From Nitrososphaera viennensis EN76 (GTDB taxonomy: Archaea > Thermoproteota > Nitrososphaeria > Nitrososphaerales > Nitrososphaeraceae): a stretch of DNA of 32,000 bases. Made by a program: the position numbers and the translations under genes. The stretch is from NCBI RefSeq assembly GCF_000698785.1, contig NZ_CP007536.1:1380001-1412000 (forward strand), written 5' to 3'. Shown here piece by piece: positions 1-9,100 of this stretch. Numbering within the stretch: the first letter of the stretch is position 1; each line of letters opens with the position of its first letter. Below the pieces are notes generated by a model. It had not been told where the DNA came from and did not search any database. It worked only from the letters and a program-made list of their open reading frames with translations.

Positions 1-1
1 C

Positions 2-2926
2 AAGTCGGGAAACCTTGACGCCTATTATTTCCATATTCCGCTTGAAGCGGCGGCCGACGCAAAGAGCGACCCCCGCGTGACTGTATACGACAGGACTGCC
101 GGCTCTGCCGGGCTCTTGATGAACCCCGCGCCGGCCAGGGACGGAAATTCCCTCAACCCGTTCTCCATAAAGGAAGTCAGGTTTGCCATGAACTACCTCA
201 TTGACCGCCAGTTCGTGGTGAACGAGATCTACAAGGGGTACGGAAGCCCGCTTGTCGACCCCTTTGGCATCTACTCGCCGGAATACCTCAACGTCATTGA
301 CACGGTAGAGTCGTTCGGGTTCAGCTACAACCCCGGCCTTGCAGAAAAAATGATCACCGACGCCATGACTGCCGCCGGCGCCACCAAGGATGCGGCAAGC
401 GGCAACAAGTGGATGTTCAAGGAAAGCCCCGTCACCGTCAAGATAATGATAAGGCTCGACGACGCATCGAGAAAATCGATAGGAGAGCTTGTCGCCTCAA
501 AGCTCGAAGAGTCAGGGTTTACGGTGCAAAAGGAATATGGAGACCTGACCAAGGCCAACACCATAGTATACGGCTCCAACCCGCAGGACCTGAAATGGAA
601 CGTGTACACGGAGGGGCTTGCAGGAACGTCTGTGTTCGTGAAATACAACCCGATAATACCGGGCCAGATGTACGCCCCGTGGGTCGGCAACATGCCGGGC
701 TCCCAGAACCCGAGCTTCTGGAACTACCAGAACTCCACGCTTGACGAGATTACGCAAAAGATATTCTTTGCCAACTTTACGTCGGCAGAAGACAGGAGCA
801 GGCTGGTGAACGCGGCCGTCAAGGGTGGCATACAGGAATCGGTCAGGATATTCCTTGCGCAGAGGACAGAGCCGTTTGTGGTTTCTTCTTCGCTCAAGGG
901 CGTGGTCAACGACTTTGGCGCAGGCATCACAAGCAAGTATTCGCTCGTAAACGCCCGGCCTTCAGACGGCAAGGGCACCCTCAACATCGGCGTCAAGCAG
1001 ATCCATCAAGGGTCATGGAATGGCATAGGCGGCCTGTCAGACACGTACAGCAGGGACATCTTTAACAATGTCTACGACAGCGCTACTTTCAGGGACCCGT
1101 ACACCGGCGAGATAATCCCCATGAGGACCCAGTGGACAGACATCTCCACGCAGGGCCCGACCGGCAAGCTGCAAGTGGCAGAGGACGCCCAGACGTGGGA
1201 TCCCGCCACGCAAAAGTGGAAGGACGCCGGGCCCGATGCCACTGCCACGAGCAAGGTCACGTACAAGCTTCTCTATTCAAAGTGGCACAACGGCATCCCG
1301 ATGGACAAGTCTGACCTGCTGTACTCCCAGTACTTTACTTTTGAGTGGGGCACCAATTCTGGAAGCGACGACCAGACGGTCGACCCAGAATACACCTCGT
1401 CGGCCGCGCCGGCACTCCCGCTCCTCAAGGGAATCAAGTTTACGTCGGATGGCACCCTAGAGTCGTACGTCAACTTTTGGCACTATGACGACAAAGAGAT
1501 AGCTGACTTTGCGCCGGCGTGGGCGGCAGAGCCCTGGGAGATAACCGCGGCGACTGAGAGGCTCGTCACCGACGGCAAGTTTGCATATTCAAGGAGCCAG
1601 GCAAGCGCCAAGAACGTCGACTGGCTCGACCCGATAGTGCCGGAGCACGCGCAGGCGATAAAGGAAGAGCTGCAACAGATGAAGAGCGAAAATTACGTAC
1701 CTGCGGCGCTCAAGGGGATAGTGAGCGTTGACGACGCGAAAAAGCGCTACGACGCAAGCATCGCCTGGATAAACACGCACGGGAACGCCATCATCAGCAA
1801 TGGCGCGTTCTACCTTGACAGTTTCAACATTGCCGGAGGAACGATAACCATCAGGGCTTTCCGCGACCCTTCGTACCCGTTTGAGCAGGGGCACTGGTCG
1901 GCCTACGAGAACCCGAAGCTTGCGACGATAGAAAGGGTGGACGCGGCCAGGATGATAGAGATAGGCAAGCCGGCGGAAATGACTGTCAGCGTGCAGGTAG
2001 ACGGCAAGCCGAGCAACGACGCGCTGGTAGAATATTTCATATTCAACAAGGACGGAAAAGTTGTTGCAAGGGGCGAGGCCAAGGCAGCGCAGGACGGGAG
2101 CGCAGCAGGGACGTTCAGGGTTGACCTGACGCCGGAGAACACGTCGAAACTGACGCCGGGGCCAAGCCAGCTAAAGATATTTGCAAACAGCAAGTACGCT
2201 TTCAGGCCGGACATTTCGACCAACACCATCCTTGCCGTGGCTGCAGGAGCGCCAGGCGGCAGCAATAGTGGAGGAGTAAGCACGACAACTCCCGGCAGCA
2301 ACGGAGGGCAACAGCAGCAACAACCACAGCAGCCGGCGCAGCCGTCCGGGTGCCTCATCGCAACAGCGGCGTTTGGCTCCGAACTGACGCCACAGGTGCA
2401 GTACCTCCGCAACTTTAGAGAACATTACATACTGTCAACCGCCTCCGGCGCGGCGTTCATGAACGCCTTTAACACGGTCTATTACTCGTTCAGCCCGCAG
2501 GTCGCGGATTACGAGCGCCAGCAGCCGTGGCTGCAGGCCACGGTCAAGACCGCCCTGTACCCGCTGTTCGGGATACTGATGGCGTCAGAAAAGGCGTACT
2601 CGGTGGCCGCAGGAGGCGACGCAGGGGCGGTGGCGGCAGGAGCCGTTGCAAGCACGCTGATTGGCGCTGTATACCTGTGGCCGGCGGCGCTTTCGGCGCG
2701 CCTGCAGGGCAGGTTTGGAATTGCTGCCAAGGTATCGCTTGCAGTGATGGGTGCCGCAGCAGCGTTGATTGCAATAGGCGTGGCAACGACAGACAATTCG
2801 CCGTTGCTGCTGTTAGCAGGCACGTCCCTGTTTGTCCTGTCGGCGGCAAGCGCGTCCGCGATTGCAGTCGGCAAGCTGGCAAGGATCGGCTACACCGCGC
2901 TAATACGGCAGGCAGGCAGACATTAA
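2..2926 (+). CDS. ABC transporter substrate-binding protein, family 5 (peptide/nickel type); 5' end lies outside the window; C-terminal poly-Q linker, Cys-box and hydrophobic tail
   Basis: The frame of ORF 77..2926 stays open back to nt 2 (KSGNLDAYYFHIPLEAAADAKSDPRV...), so the GTG at 77 is internal. The sequence looks like a family-5 SBP. Two Dpp/Opp-type permease genes follow directly. Confidence 0.85.
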   Translation, partial: KSGNLDAYYFHIPLEAAADAKSDPRVTVYDRTAGSAGLLMNPAPARDGNSLNPFSIKEVRFAMNYLIDRQFVVNEIYKGYGSPLVDPFGIYSPEYLNVIDTVESFGFSYNPGLAEKMITDAMTAAGATKDAASGNKWMFKESPVTVKIMIRLDDASRKSIGELVASKLEESGFTVQKEYGDLTKANTIVYGSNPQDLKWNVYTEGLAGTSVFVKYNPIIPGQMYAPWVGNMPGSQNPSFWNYQNSTLDEITQKIFFANFTSAEDRSRLVNAAVKGGIQESVRIFLAQRTEPFVVSSSLKGVVNDFGAGITSKYSLVNARPSDGKGTLNIGVKQIHQGSWNGIGGLSDTYSRDIFNNVYDSATFRDPYTGEIIPMRTQWTDISTQGPTGKLQVAEDAQTWDPATQKWKDAGPDATATSKVTYKLLYSKWHNGIPMDKSDLLYSQYFTFEWGTNSGSDDQTVDPEYTSSAAPALPLLKGIKFTSDGTLESYVNFWHYDDKEIADFAPAWAAEPWEITAATERLVTDGKFAYSRSQASAKNVDWLDPIVPEHAQAIKEELQQMKSENYVPAALKGIVSVDDAKKRYDASIAWINTHGNAIISNGAFYLDSFNIAGGTITIRAFRDPSYPFEQGHWSAYENPKLATIERVDAARMIEIGKPAEMTVSVQVDGKPSNDALVEYFIFNKDGKVVARGEAKAAQDGSAAGTFRVDLTPENTSKLTPGPSQLKIFANSKYAFRPDISTNTILAVAAGAPGGSNSGGVSTTTPGSNGGQQQQQPQQPAQPSGCLIATAAFGSELTPQVQYLRNFREHYILSTASGAAFMNAFNTVYYSFSPQVADYERQQPWLQATVKTALYPLFGILMASEKAYSVAAGGDAGAVAAGAVASTLIGAVYLWPAALSARLQGRFGIAAKVSLAVMGAAAALIAIGVATTDNSPLLLLAGTSLFVLSAASASAIAVGKLARIGYTALIRQAGRH

Positions 2927-2960
2927 AATAGAAAAGCAACCCCAAGAGCTGTGAGCAGAT

Positions 2961-4010
2961 TTGGTGGGAGGCTTTGGCCGCTTTTTGGCAAGGCGTTCGG
3001 CAAACATGCTGATCGTGCTGTTTGCGACGCTCGTACTTACGATAGCGCTCCTTGGCCCGACGATGGACAGGATACTGTCCGACGCGGCCAGGTTTGCCGT
3101 CGTTGACGAGGTCAACCACGCCAAGCTGAAATTCCAGAGCGCACAGGAGCGGCAGCAGTACATCGACGACAGGGTCCAGCTCCAGATAAGGACGCTCGGC
3201 CTCGACGAGCCGTGGTACTCGCCAAAGAGGTTCACAAACACCGTGCTCAAGGTGATGACGCTTGACCTGGGCAGGTCCAACTTTTTCACAAGCGACAGCG
3301 GCTCCTCAAGCGTCAGAGACATCATACTGGAAAGGATGCCCAAGACGGTGCTCCTCTTCACGACCTCGACCCTAGTGATAACCGTCATAGGGCTGTACCT
3401 GGGCGCCTACGTCGCCAACAAGTCAGGCTCTGTTCTTGACAGGCTCAACTCGGCGTTTGCGGTGTTTAGCGGAAGCTTTCCCACGTGGTGGGTGGGAATA
3501 CTCATGATCTTTGCGTTTGCGTTTACATACCACATCTTCCCGGCGCGGGCTACCCCGCTCACCGCGCCGTCGGACCCCGCGTACGTGCCTGATTTATTAT
3601 ATCACATGGTGCTCCCGCTCATAACCATAGTCGCGGTGGGCTTTGGCTCGTGGGCATACATCGTGAGGTATTTCGTGGTGGGCATACTGGGCGAGGATTA
3701 TATCGCGGCAAAGAGGGCAGCCGGCGTGCCGGAAAAGAGGATCGTCTATTCCCATGCGCTGAAAAACGCGGCTCCCCCCATAGTCACCGTGATCGCGCTC
3801 AGCCTTGCAGGGTCCTTTGGCGGGGCCATCACCGTCGAGGCGGTGTTTGACTGGCCCGGCATGGGGAGGCTCTACTACGACGCAATAGGCTTTCTGGACA
3901 TACCGGTCATAATCGGCCTCACGTACGTCGCCACGGTCATTTTCGTAGTCACCGTCTTTGTCACCGACATCGTCTACGCCTATTTTGACCCGAGGGTGAA
4001 GGTCGGATGA
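2961..4010 (+). CDS. ABC transporter permease (DppB/OppB-like)
   Basis: N-terminal TM segment 'FLARRSANMLIVLFATLVLTIALLGP'; conserved cytoplasmic loop 'EDYIAAKRAAGVPEKRIVYSHALKNAAPPIVT'; C-terminus 'DIVYAYFDPRVK'. TTG start at 2961 (alternative ATG at 3006). The stop overlaps the next start in ATGA at 4007-4010. Confidence 0.9.
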   Translation: MVGGFGRFLARRSANMLIVLFATLVLTIALLGPTMDRILSDAARFAVVDEVNHAKLKFQSAQERQQYIDDRVQLQIRTLGLDEPWYSPKRFTNTVLKVMTLDLGRSNFFTSDSGSSSVRDIILERMPKTVLLFTTSTLVITVIGLYLGAYVANKSGSVLDRLNSAFAVFSGSFPTWWVGILMIFAFAFTYHIFPARATPLTAPSDPAYVPDLLYHMVLPLITIVAVGFGSWAYIVRYFVVGILGEDYIAAKRAAGVPEKRIVYSHALKNAAPPIVTVIALSLAGSFGGAITVEAVFDWPGMGRLYYDAIGFLDIPVIIGLTYVATVIFVVTVFVTDIVYAYFDPRVKVG

Positions 4011-5455
4011 GCGGCAGATCATCATCGTCGTCTCCTTCTGCAGCGGCTGCTGCCGCTGCCGCGATTTCAAGGTCCCAGATGCTCAGGGAGTTCCGGCGCT
4101 CAAAGAGCGGCCTGGCCGGCGTGGGCATACTGTTGGGCCTTATCTTAATGACGATATACTCGGCAGTCGCAATACCGCTGGACTCGTACCGGCAGTGGAA
4201 CAACCCCAACTTTTGGATAGATCTGCCCAAGTCGGCCGCGCCGGCGTGGACAAACATCGGGTTTGGCCCAAAGGTGCCGGAGCACTTTGTGCTGCATGCC
4301 AGGGACGCTACCATATCCACTTCTGGTGTTGGCAGTAGCCGGACGGTGACGTACTCGTACACCGTGAATTTCAACTATGATTCCTACCCGAGCGACTTTA
4401 TGCTGCTGTACTCTGCCAGGTACGGAAGCACGCAGCCGGCGCTGCAGGCAGACGTGCTCAGGCCCGACGGCAGGGAATTTCGGATCTACTTTGCGCCGCT
4501 CCCGCCTGCGTCCCAGAGTACGGGCAGTGGCGCCAGCAACGAGTTTTCCGGCAGGGTCTTTTCCACCGACAGCGGGATAGCCGAGAACCTGCGCGGCTAC
4601 ACGGACGCTTTTGCATACAGGCAGGACCTGTCGAGGCCGCAGATGATGATATTTGCAGACACCCAGGAAAACCACGCGCTAAAAGGCACGTACGTCATTC
4701 GCCAGACGTTCTACCTCTTTGGCCCGGACGACACAATCACGGATTCAGGCGTCATACTCGGGGGCAAGGTGTACGGCCTGATGGGCACCGACGAATTGCG
4801 CCGCGACCTTGCGACGGGCATCCTGTGGGCCGCGCCGGTGGCGCTCTTTATCGGCCTCACGGTATCTATAGCGTCCATACTCATCGGCCTTGTGTACGGC
4901 GTGGTGGCCGGCTACAAGGGCAGGCGGACCGACGAGGGGCTTATGCGCATAAATGACATCTTTTACTCCCTGCCGACGCTGCCGCTGCTAGTCATCCTCT
5001 CCGTCACGATAGGGCGCAGCATATTTTTGATAACTGGGTTTCTCGTCATCTTTGGGTGGGTCGGCATGGCCAAGATAAGCAGGAGCCTTGCGCTCCAGCT
5101 AAAGAACCTGCAGTACGTCGAGGCCGCAAAACTGATGGGACAGTCTGACGCAAAGATAATCTTCCGGCACATAATCCCGCAGCTCCTGCCGCTGACATTT
5201 GCGAGCATCGCCATTGCGGTGCCAAGCGCGATCCTCGGCGAGGCCGCGCTATCTTTTCTGGGCCTTGGCGACCCGTCGATTCCGACGTGGGGCCAGATAC
5301 TGCACGACGCCAACTCTGCCGGCGCGGCCGTTCGCGGCCTGTGGTGGTGGATAGTGCCGCCGGGCCTCATGATAGCCGTGACTGGCCTTGCATTTGCGCT
5401 CATCGGAAACGCGCTTGACTCGATAGTGAACCCGCGCGCAAAAAGGATGCAGTAG
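4007..5455 (+). CDS. ABC transporter permease (DppC/OppC-like) with a long N-terminal extracytoplasmic insert
   Basis: Permease core motifs 'YVEAAKLMGQSDAKIIFRHIIPQLLP' and 'LIGNALDSIVNPR'. About 215 aa lie between the first TM (GVGILLGLILMTIYSAVAIPL) and the core. The N-terminus is a Ser/Ala homopolymer (SSSSSPSAAAAAAAA). Confidence 0.9.
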   Translation: MSGRSSSSSPSAAAAAAAAISRSQMLREFRRSKSGLAGVGILLGLILMTIYSAVAIPLDSYRQWNNPNFWIDLPKSAAPAWTNIGFGPKVPEHFVLHARDATISTSGVGSSRTVTYSYTVNFNYDSYPSDFMLLYSARYGSTQPALQADVLRPDGREFRIYFAPLPPASQSTGSGASNEFSGRVFSTDSGIAENLRGYTDAFAYRQDLSRPQMMIFADTQENHALKGTYVIRQTFYLFGPDDTITDSGVILGGKVYGLMGTDELRRDLATGILWAAPVALFIGLTVSIASILIGLVYGVVAGYKGRRTDEGLMRINDIFYSLPTLPLLVILSVTIGRSIFLITGFLVIFGWVGMAKISRSLALQLKNLQYVEAAKLMGQSDAKIIFRHIIPQLLPLTFASIAIAVPSAILGEAALSFLGLGDPSIPTWGQILHDANSAGAAVRGLWWWIVPPGLMIAVTGLAFALIGNALDSIVNPRAKRMQ

Positions 5456-5473
5456 TAGTAATAATAATAGTAA
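5453..5473 (+). repeat. (TAR)7 tract: seven consecutive in-frame stop codons ending the permease gene
   Basis: Read directly in the permease frame: TAG TAG TAA TAA TAA TAG TAA at 5453-5473. Confidence 0.9.
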
Positions 5474-5589
5474 TGGTGGATGCCTCAGGACTCATAATCC
5501 TCGTCACAAATCAGACGGCTCTTCCTTCACGTCATCAGCATCCAAGCACATTGTCCTTGCTGCTGGCGTATGAACTTAGCGAATACTGA

Positions 5590-5991
5590 CTAGCCCTTTA
5601 CGCGGACGATCTTTATCCTGTCAAGCACCTTCCAGTACTCGACCTCGCGGCCGTTGACGTTGTCCTGGAGCTTGTCCTTTATCTCGTCTTCCACGGACGA
5701 CGTCTCGAACACCTCGAACGTCTCAAGGTCCATTATCTGGAGCGTTTCGCCGCTCTTTGAGATTATCTGGCCGTTGCGCTTGTCAATCAGTGGTACCTCG
5801 ACCCTTGTCGTCACCGGGCCCACGAACGGGTGGGTGCCACCGTCAAAGACGCCGACCGCGTTTATCCTGGCCTTGGCCGATCCGTGCTTTCCGGGCTTGC
5901 TGTGGTCGTACGATACTATCCTGCACGGCTCACCGTCAATGATGATGTACGAACCGATCTTTAATGCGCCAAGTTCCATCGGCTTGCTCAA
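5590..5991 (-). CDS. eif5a: translation initiation factor 5A (aIF5A)
   Basis: Hypusine-loop motif 'SKPGKHGSAKA' within 'IVSYDHSKPGKHGSAKARINAVGVFDG'. The 133-aa size is typical. A TATA-like 'TTAAATAT' (minus strand, about 6021-6030) lies about 30-38 nt upstream of the ATG. Confidence 0.95.
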   Translation of the reverse strand: MSKPMELGALKIGSYIIIDGEPCRIVSYDHSKPGKHGSAKARINAVGVFDGGTHPFVGPVTTRVEVPLIDKRNGQIISKSGETLQIMDLETFEVFETSSVEDEIKDKLQDNVNGREVEYWKVLDRIKIVRVKG

Positions 5992-6057
5992 TATAATTCA
6001 GGAATTTTGAAAGATCCAGCATATTTAAGCGTTGAGCTTTTCTTCTGCTCCGCTAAA

Positions 6058-6222
6058 CTAAATGTCGTCCAGTGCAGAGTTGATGTAGTCGTCGGTAATC
6101 ATCGACGGCATCTTTGGCGGGTTTGGAAGAAGCTTGCGGATCAGGTTGAACAGCTTGACTTTTCTGTCCATGTCGCTCTCCTGCCTGCACTCCCATACCA
6201 GTTCTTCCATCTGCGACTTCAT
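6058..6222 (-). CDS. small hypothetical protein (54 aa), below the ORF-track length cutoff
   Basis: Hand-translated as MKSQMEELVWECRQESDMDRKVKLFNLIRKLLPNPPKMPSMITDDYINSALDDI*. Third-position G/C bias resembles neighbouring genes. It is co-directional with, and 61 nt downstream of, the 202-aa gene. The competing + strand ORF 6007..6306 translates to low-quality sequence. Confidence 0.4.
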   Translation of the reverse strand: MKSQMEELVWECRQESDMDRKVKLFNLIRKLLPNPPKMPSMITDDYINSALDDI

Positions 6223-6283
6223 CAAAGAATCATCGCATTTATCGCTTTTAGGTATTGCGGAAGACGACTACAGACCATGCATG

Positions 6284-6892
6284 TTACTTTAGTTTTTCAA
6301 GAATAGAGAAACTTACCAGATTATTCAGCAGTATTCCCTTTCTAGCCACGTCGCGCCGGGTGCGCTCGCAGTACTTTTGGTCGGTCTGGTGCGTCTCGGA
6401 GCCTTCCACCTCCAGTATTACAAGGTTCTTGGAGTATGGAAACGCAAAGCGCGGCTGCTCGGCAGCCAGGAGCTGCATCTGTGCAAGGCTTGCCTTTTTC
6501 ACCCTGTCGCGCCTTGCGATGACGTTGGCAAGGTCGCCTATCGCCGGGTCGCCGCTTGAATACTTTGTAAAATACAGCGAGACGTAGTTTAGCTTGGCGC
6601 CGACGCGCTCAAAGAGCGGGCTGTTCAGGCTGAACATGAAGGCGAGCCGGTCCATGCCGCTCCTGCGGATGTCGTCAAGGACGCCGTCCATGTCTGCAAA
6701 AGACGCAAGGATGTAGTTGTTGGCCTTGTTCGGAAAGTACGGCACGCTTTCGTCAGAGAACGTCGCGGCGGCAAAATACATGTCGACAATGTTTGCACTC
6801 TTTTTCCAAGCCTCCACGAGCGATACCGTCTGCTTGCCGTGGGGAGTACAAACGTATCCAGTGACTACCTCCCCCTTTCCTCCTGCAGCCAA
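6284..6892 (-). CDS. hypothetical protein (202 aa)
   Basis: Clean ORF with host-like codon bias and a TATA-like box at the expected distance. I recognise no family. Confidence 0.6.
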   Translation of the reverse strand: MAAGGKGEVVTGYVCTPHGKQTVSLVEAWKKSANIVDMYFAAATFSDESVPYFPNKANNYILASFADMDGVLDDIRRSGMDRLAFMFSLNSPLFERVGAKLNYVSLYFTKYSSGDPAIGDLANVIARRDRVKKASLAQMQLLAAEQPRFAFPYSKNLVILEVEGSETHQTDQKYCERTRRDVARKGILLNNLVSFSILEKLK

Positions 6893-6917
6893 CCCTTTAT
6901 CTCTGATAGGCCACCAG

Positions 6918-6925
6918 AATATATA
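6918..6925 (-). promoter_or_regulatory. TATA-like box for the 202-aa gene
   Basis: The minus strand reads TATATATT, 26-33 nt upstream of the ATG at 6892. This spacing fits an archaeal promoter driving a leaderless or short-leader mRNA. Confidence 0.35.
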
Positions 6926-7028
6926 CCCTTTGCTCCCAAAAATGGGAATTTTTGTACGTAATAATGGTCATTATTAAAATTACAATATCCTCACTCAAAT
7001 AAAACAAATATTATAGAAAAAGGTTAGG

Positions 7029-7982
7029 TCAGAGCCAGCCCTGCTTGCGGAAGTACAGGAGCATGAGGCCGGCTGGCGCCGCCGAGATCGCGATTACAAA
7101 AATAAAAGTGGTGTAGGGCCCAAGCTGCGTCCACGGGCCCGTCTCTATCCCGCCGGGGATGTTGACGTTCATGCCGTAAAACGCGGCCACGACGGCCGCC
7201 GGGATTGAAAGCGTGAATATGATGGTCAGCACCGCAAGGATCTTGTTGGTCTTTTCGGTGCTCAGCACATAGTCGGTATCCTTGTAGATCTCGACCGTCT
7301 CCTTTGCCTCCTCAAGGGCCTCGTACACCTTTTCCACGTGGTCCTGCACGTCTTTGTAGTACGGGGTCAGGTCCTCGCTTGAAAACCTCTGCACGTCCCT
7401 TGTCAGGTCCACGACGATCCGGCGAAGGTGGATAACTATTCTGCGCAGAGTCGTTATCTCGCGGCGCAAAAGTGCTATCTGCCGGGAGACTGAAATGCGC
7501 TCGTCAAACACCAGGTCCTCGATGTCCTCTATGTTTCCCACCACCTTCATGAGGAGGTGCAGGAGGTCGTCGACGAGCGTGTCGATTATCTTGTGCAAGA
7601 GGTAGCCGGAGGACTTGCCCATTATGGCCTGGCGCATCTTCTCGTCGGCCTTGCACATGTTGAACAGCTCCTCAAGGGGCTTGAGGTCTCCCTGATGCAC
7701 GGTGACAACAAAGCTTGCGCCGATGAACACCGACAGCTGCGAAAACACGAATCCGCGCTCCTTGTCGGCGGTCGGGAAGTGCAGCACGATGAACATGTGG
7801 TCGTCGTAGCGGTCTATTTTTGGAAGCTGGATCTTTGAAAGGCAGTCCTCAAAGTTGAGCTTGTGAAATGACGGGTGGCGCTCGCCGAGCGTCGCAAGGT
7901 CGACGTAGGCCGGCCTCTGTATGTAGGTCCAGTCCAGGCCATTGTTGGTGATAGTGTCCTGCCTCTTTTGCGCCTCCATCAT
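7029..7982 (-). CDS. corA: CorA-family magnesium/cobalt transporter
   Basis: The C-terminal two-TM region carries the signature 'FYGMNVNIPGG' (GMN motif). The 317-aa length is typical. Confidence 0.9.
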   Translation of the reverse strand: MMEAQKRQDTITNNGLDWTYIQRPAYVDLATLGERHPSFHKLNFEDCLSKIQLPKIDRYDDHMFIVLHFPTADKERGFVFSQLSVFIGASFVVTVHQGDLKPLEELFNMCKADEKMRQAIMGKSSGYLLHKIIDTLVDDLLHLLMKVVGNIEDIEDLVFDERISVSRQIALLRREITTLRRIVIHLRRIVVDLTRDVQRFSSEDLTPYYKDVQDHVEKVYEALEEAKETVEIYKDTDYVLSTEKTNKILAVLTIIFTLSIPAAVVAAFYGMNVNIPGGIETGPWTQLGPYTTFIFVIAISAAPAGLMLLYFRKQGWL

Positions 7983-8041
7983 TATGGTCTACCTCCGCCA
8001 CACCTGCCTGTTGCCATGATGCAGATAGCTGTCATAAAAAC

Positions 8042-9067
8042 GTGCGCAACGTGAACAATAGACAACATATTCATAGGCCGCGCGCAATACGCGTAATCGT
8101 GGTGGTAGCGGTGCAGCAGGCGCACGCATATGCAGACGTGCTCTCGATGGCAGGCCTCAGGCGCGAGCACCTCATCTGCCCGGTCTTTGTGTCAGAAAGG
8201 CAGCAAGATGATGGAGGTGACGCGATAGCGGCCATGCCGGGCGTGTCCATATCGTCCCTCAAGGACGCGGTTTTGAGCGTGCAGAGGATATCCGACGCAG
8301 GAATCCGCTCCATCATCGTCTTTGGCATACCAAAAAGCCGCGACGGCGACGGCTCGGCAGCGGCCGACAGAAACGGCGTGGTGCAGCACGCGACGAGGGA
8401 GATCAAGTCGGCGTTTGGCAGGTCGCTTGACGTGATAACTGACGTCTGCGTCTGTCAGTATAATCTGTCGGGACACTGTGGGCTTGTGCGCAATAGCGGA
8501 ACAGTCGACAATGATTCCACCCTGCAAGTCCTTGCAGAGATTTCCCAGAGCCACGCGGAGGCAGGCGCGGATGTCGTCGCCCCTTCTGCAATGATGGACG
8601 GCCAGGTGCGCGCAATACGAGATGCGCTTGACAGGGGCAGTTATGCGGCAACCAGGATACTTTCGTATTCTGCCAAGCACGCGTCGTCATTGTACACTCC
8701 GTTCCGGTCGGCCGCGTTCGCAAAAAAGAAGGGCGCGATTGACAAGGCAGGCTACCAGGTGTCGTACGCGAACCCCAGACAGGCAATGCGCGAGATTGCA
8801 GGCGACATCGAGGAGGGCGCGGACATGGTGATGGTCAAGCCGGGACTTGCGTACCTCGACCTTGTAAGGCGTGCAAAGGAGCGGTTTTCCGTGCCGATTG
8901 CCGTGCAGAACGTGTCAGGCGAGTACGCCATGATAAAGGCCGCCGGGATGAGGGGCTGGATAGACGAGGAGCAATGGAAGGTCACGTCGCTTGCCGCAAT
9001 GAGAAGGGCAGGCGCAGACAGGATAATCTCGTACTTTGCGCTTGATGTTGTCCAATATCTGCAATAG
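8042..9067 (+). CDS. hemB: porphobilinogen synthase (delta-aminolevulinate dehydratase), Zn-type
   Basis: 'LICPVFVSE' entry motif. Cys-rich zinc site 'DVCVCQYNLSGHCG' matches D-x-C-x-C-x-Y-x3-G-H-C-G. Active-site lysine contexts 'SYSAKHASSLYTPFR' and 'ADMVMVKPG'. The start is uncertain: GTG at 8042 or ATG at 8147. Confidence 0.9.
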   Translation: MRNVNNRQHIHRPRAIRVIVVVAVQQAHAYADVLSMAGLRREHLICPVFVSERQQDDGGDAIAAMPGVSISSLKDAVLSVQRISDAGIRSIIVFGIPKSRDGDGSAAADRNGVVQHATREIKSAFGRSLDVITDVCVCQYNLSGHCGLVRNSGTVDNDSTLQVLAEISQSHAEAGADVVAPSAMMDGQVRAIRDALDRGSYAATRILSYSAKHASSLYTPFRSAAFAKKKGAIDKAGYQVSYANPRQAMREIAGDIEEGADMVMVKPGLAYLDLVRRAKERFSVPIAVQNVSGEYAMIKAAGMRGWIDEEQWKVTSLAAMRRAGADRIISYFALDVVQYLQ

Positions 9068-9100
9068 ATTATATAGTATTCTCGCAGCCAACGAGACTGT

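Noticed and set aside
6007-6306. The + strand 99-aa ORF.
   Set aside because: Its composition is poor (Cys/His/Phe/Arg-rich). It overlaps a better minus-strand small ORF and the end of the 202-aa gene.
8042-8146. The 'HRPRAIR' sequence near the hemB ORF start as the conserved RPRRLR N-terminal arm motif.
   Set aside because: The spacing to 'LICPVFV' is about 8 residues longer than in E. coli HemB as I recall it. The intervening 'VIVVVAVQQAH' does not resemble the family. The start (8042 versus 8147) is left open.
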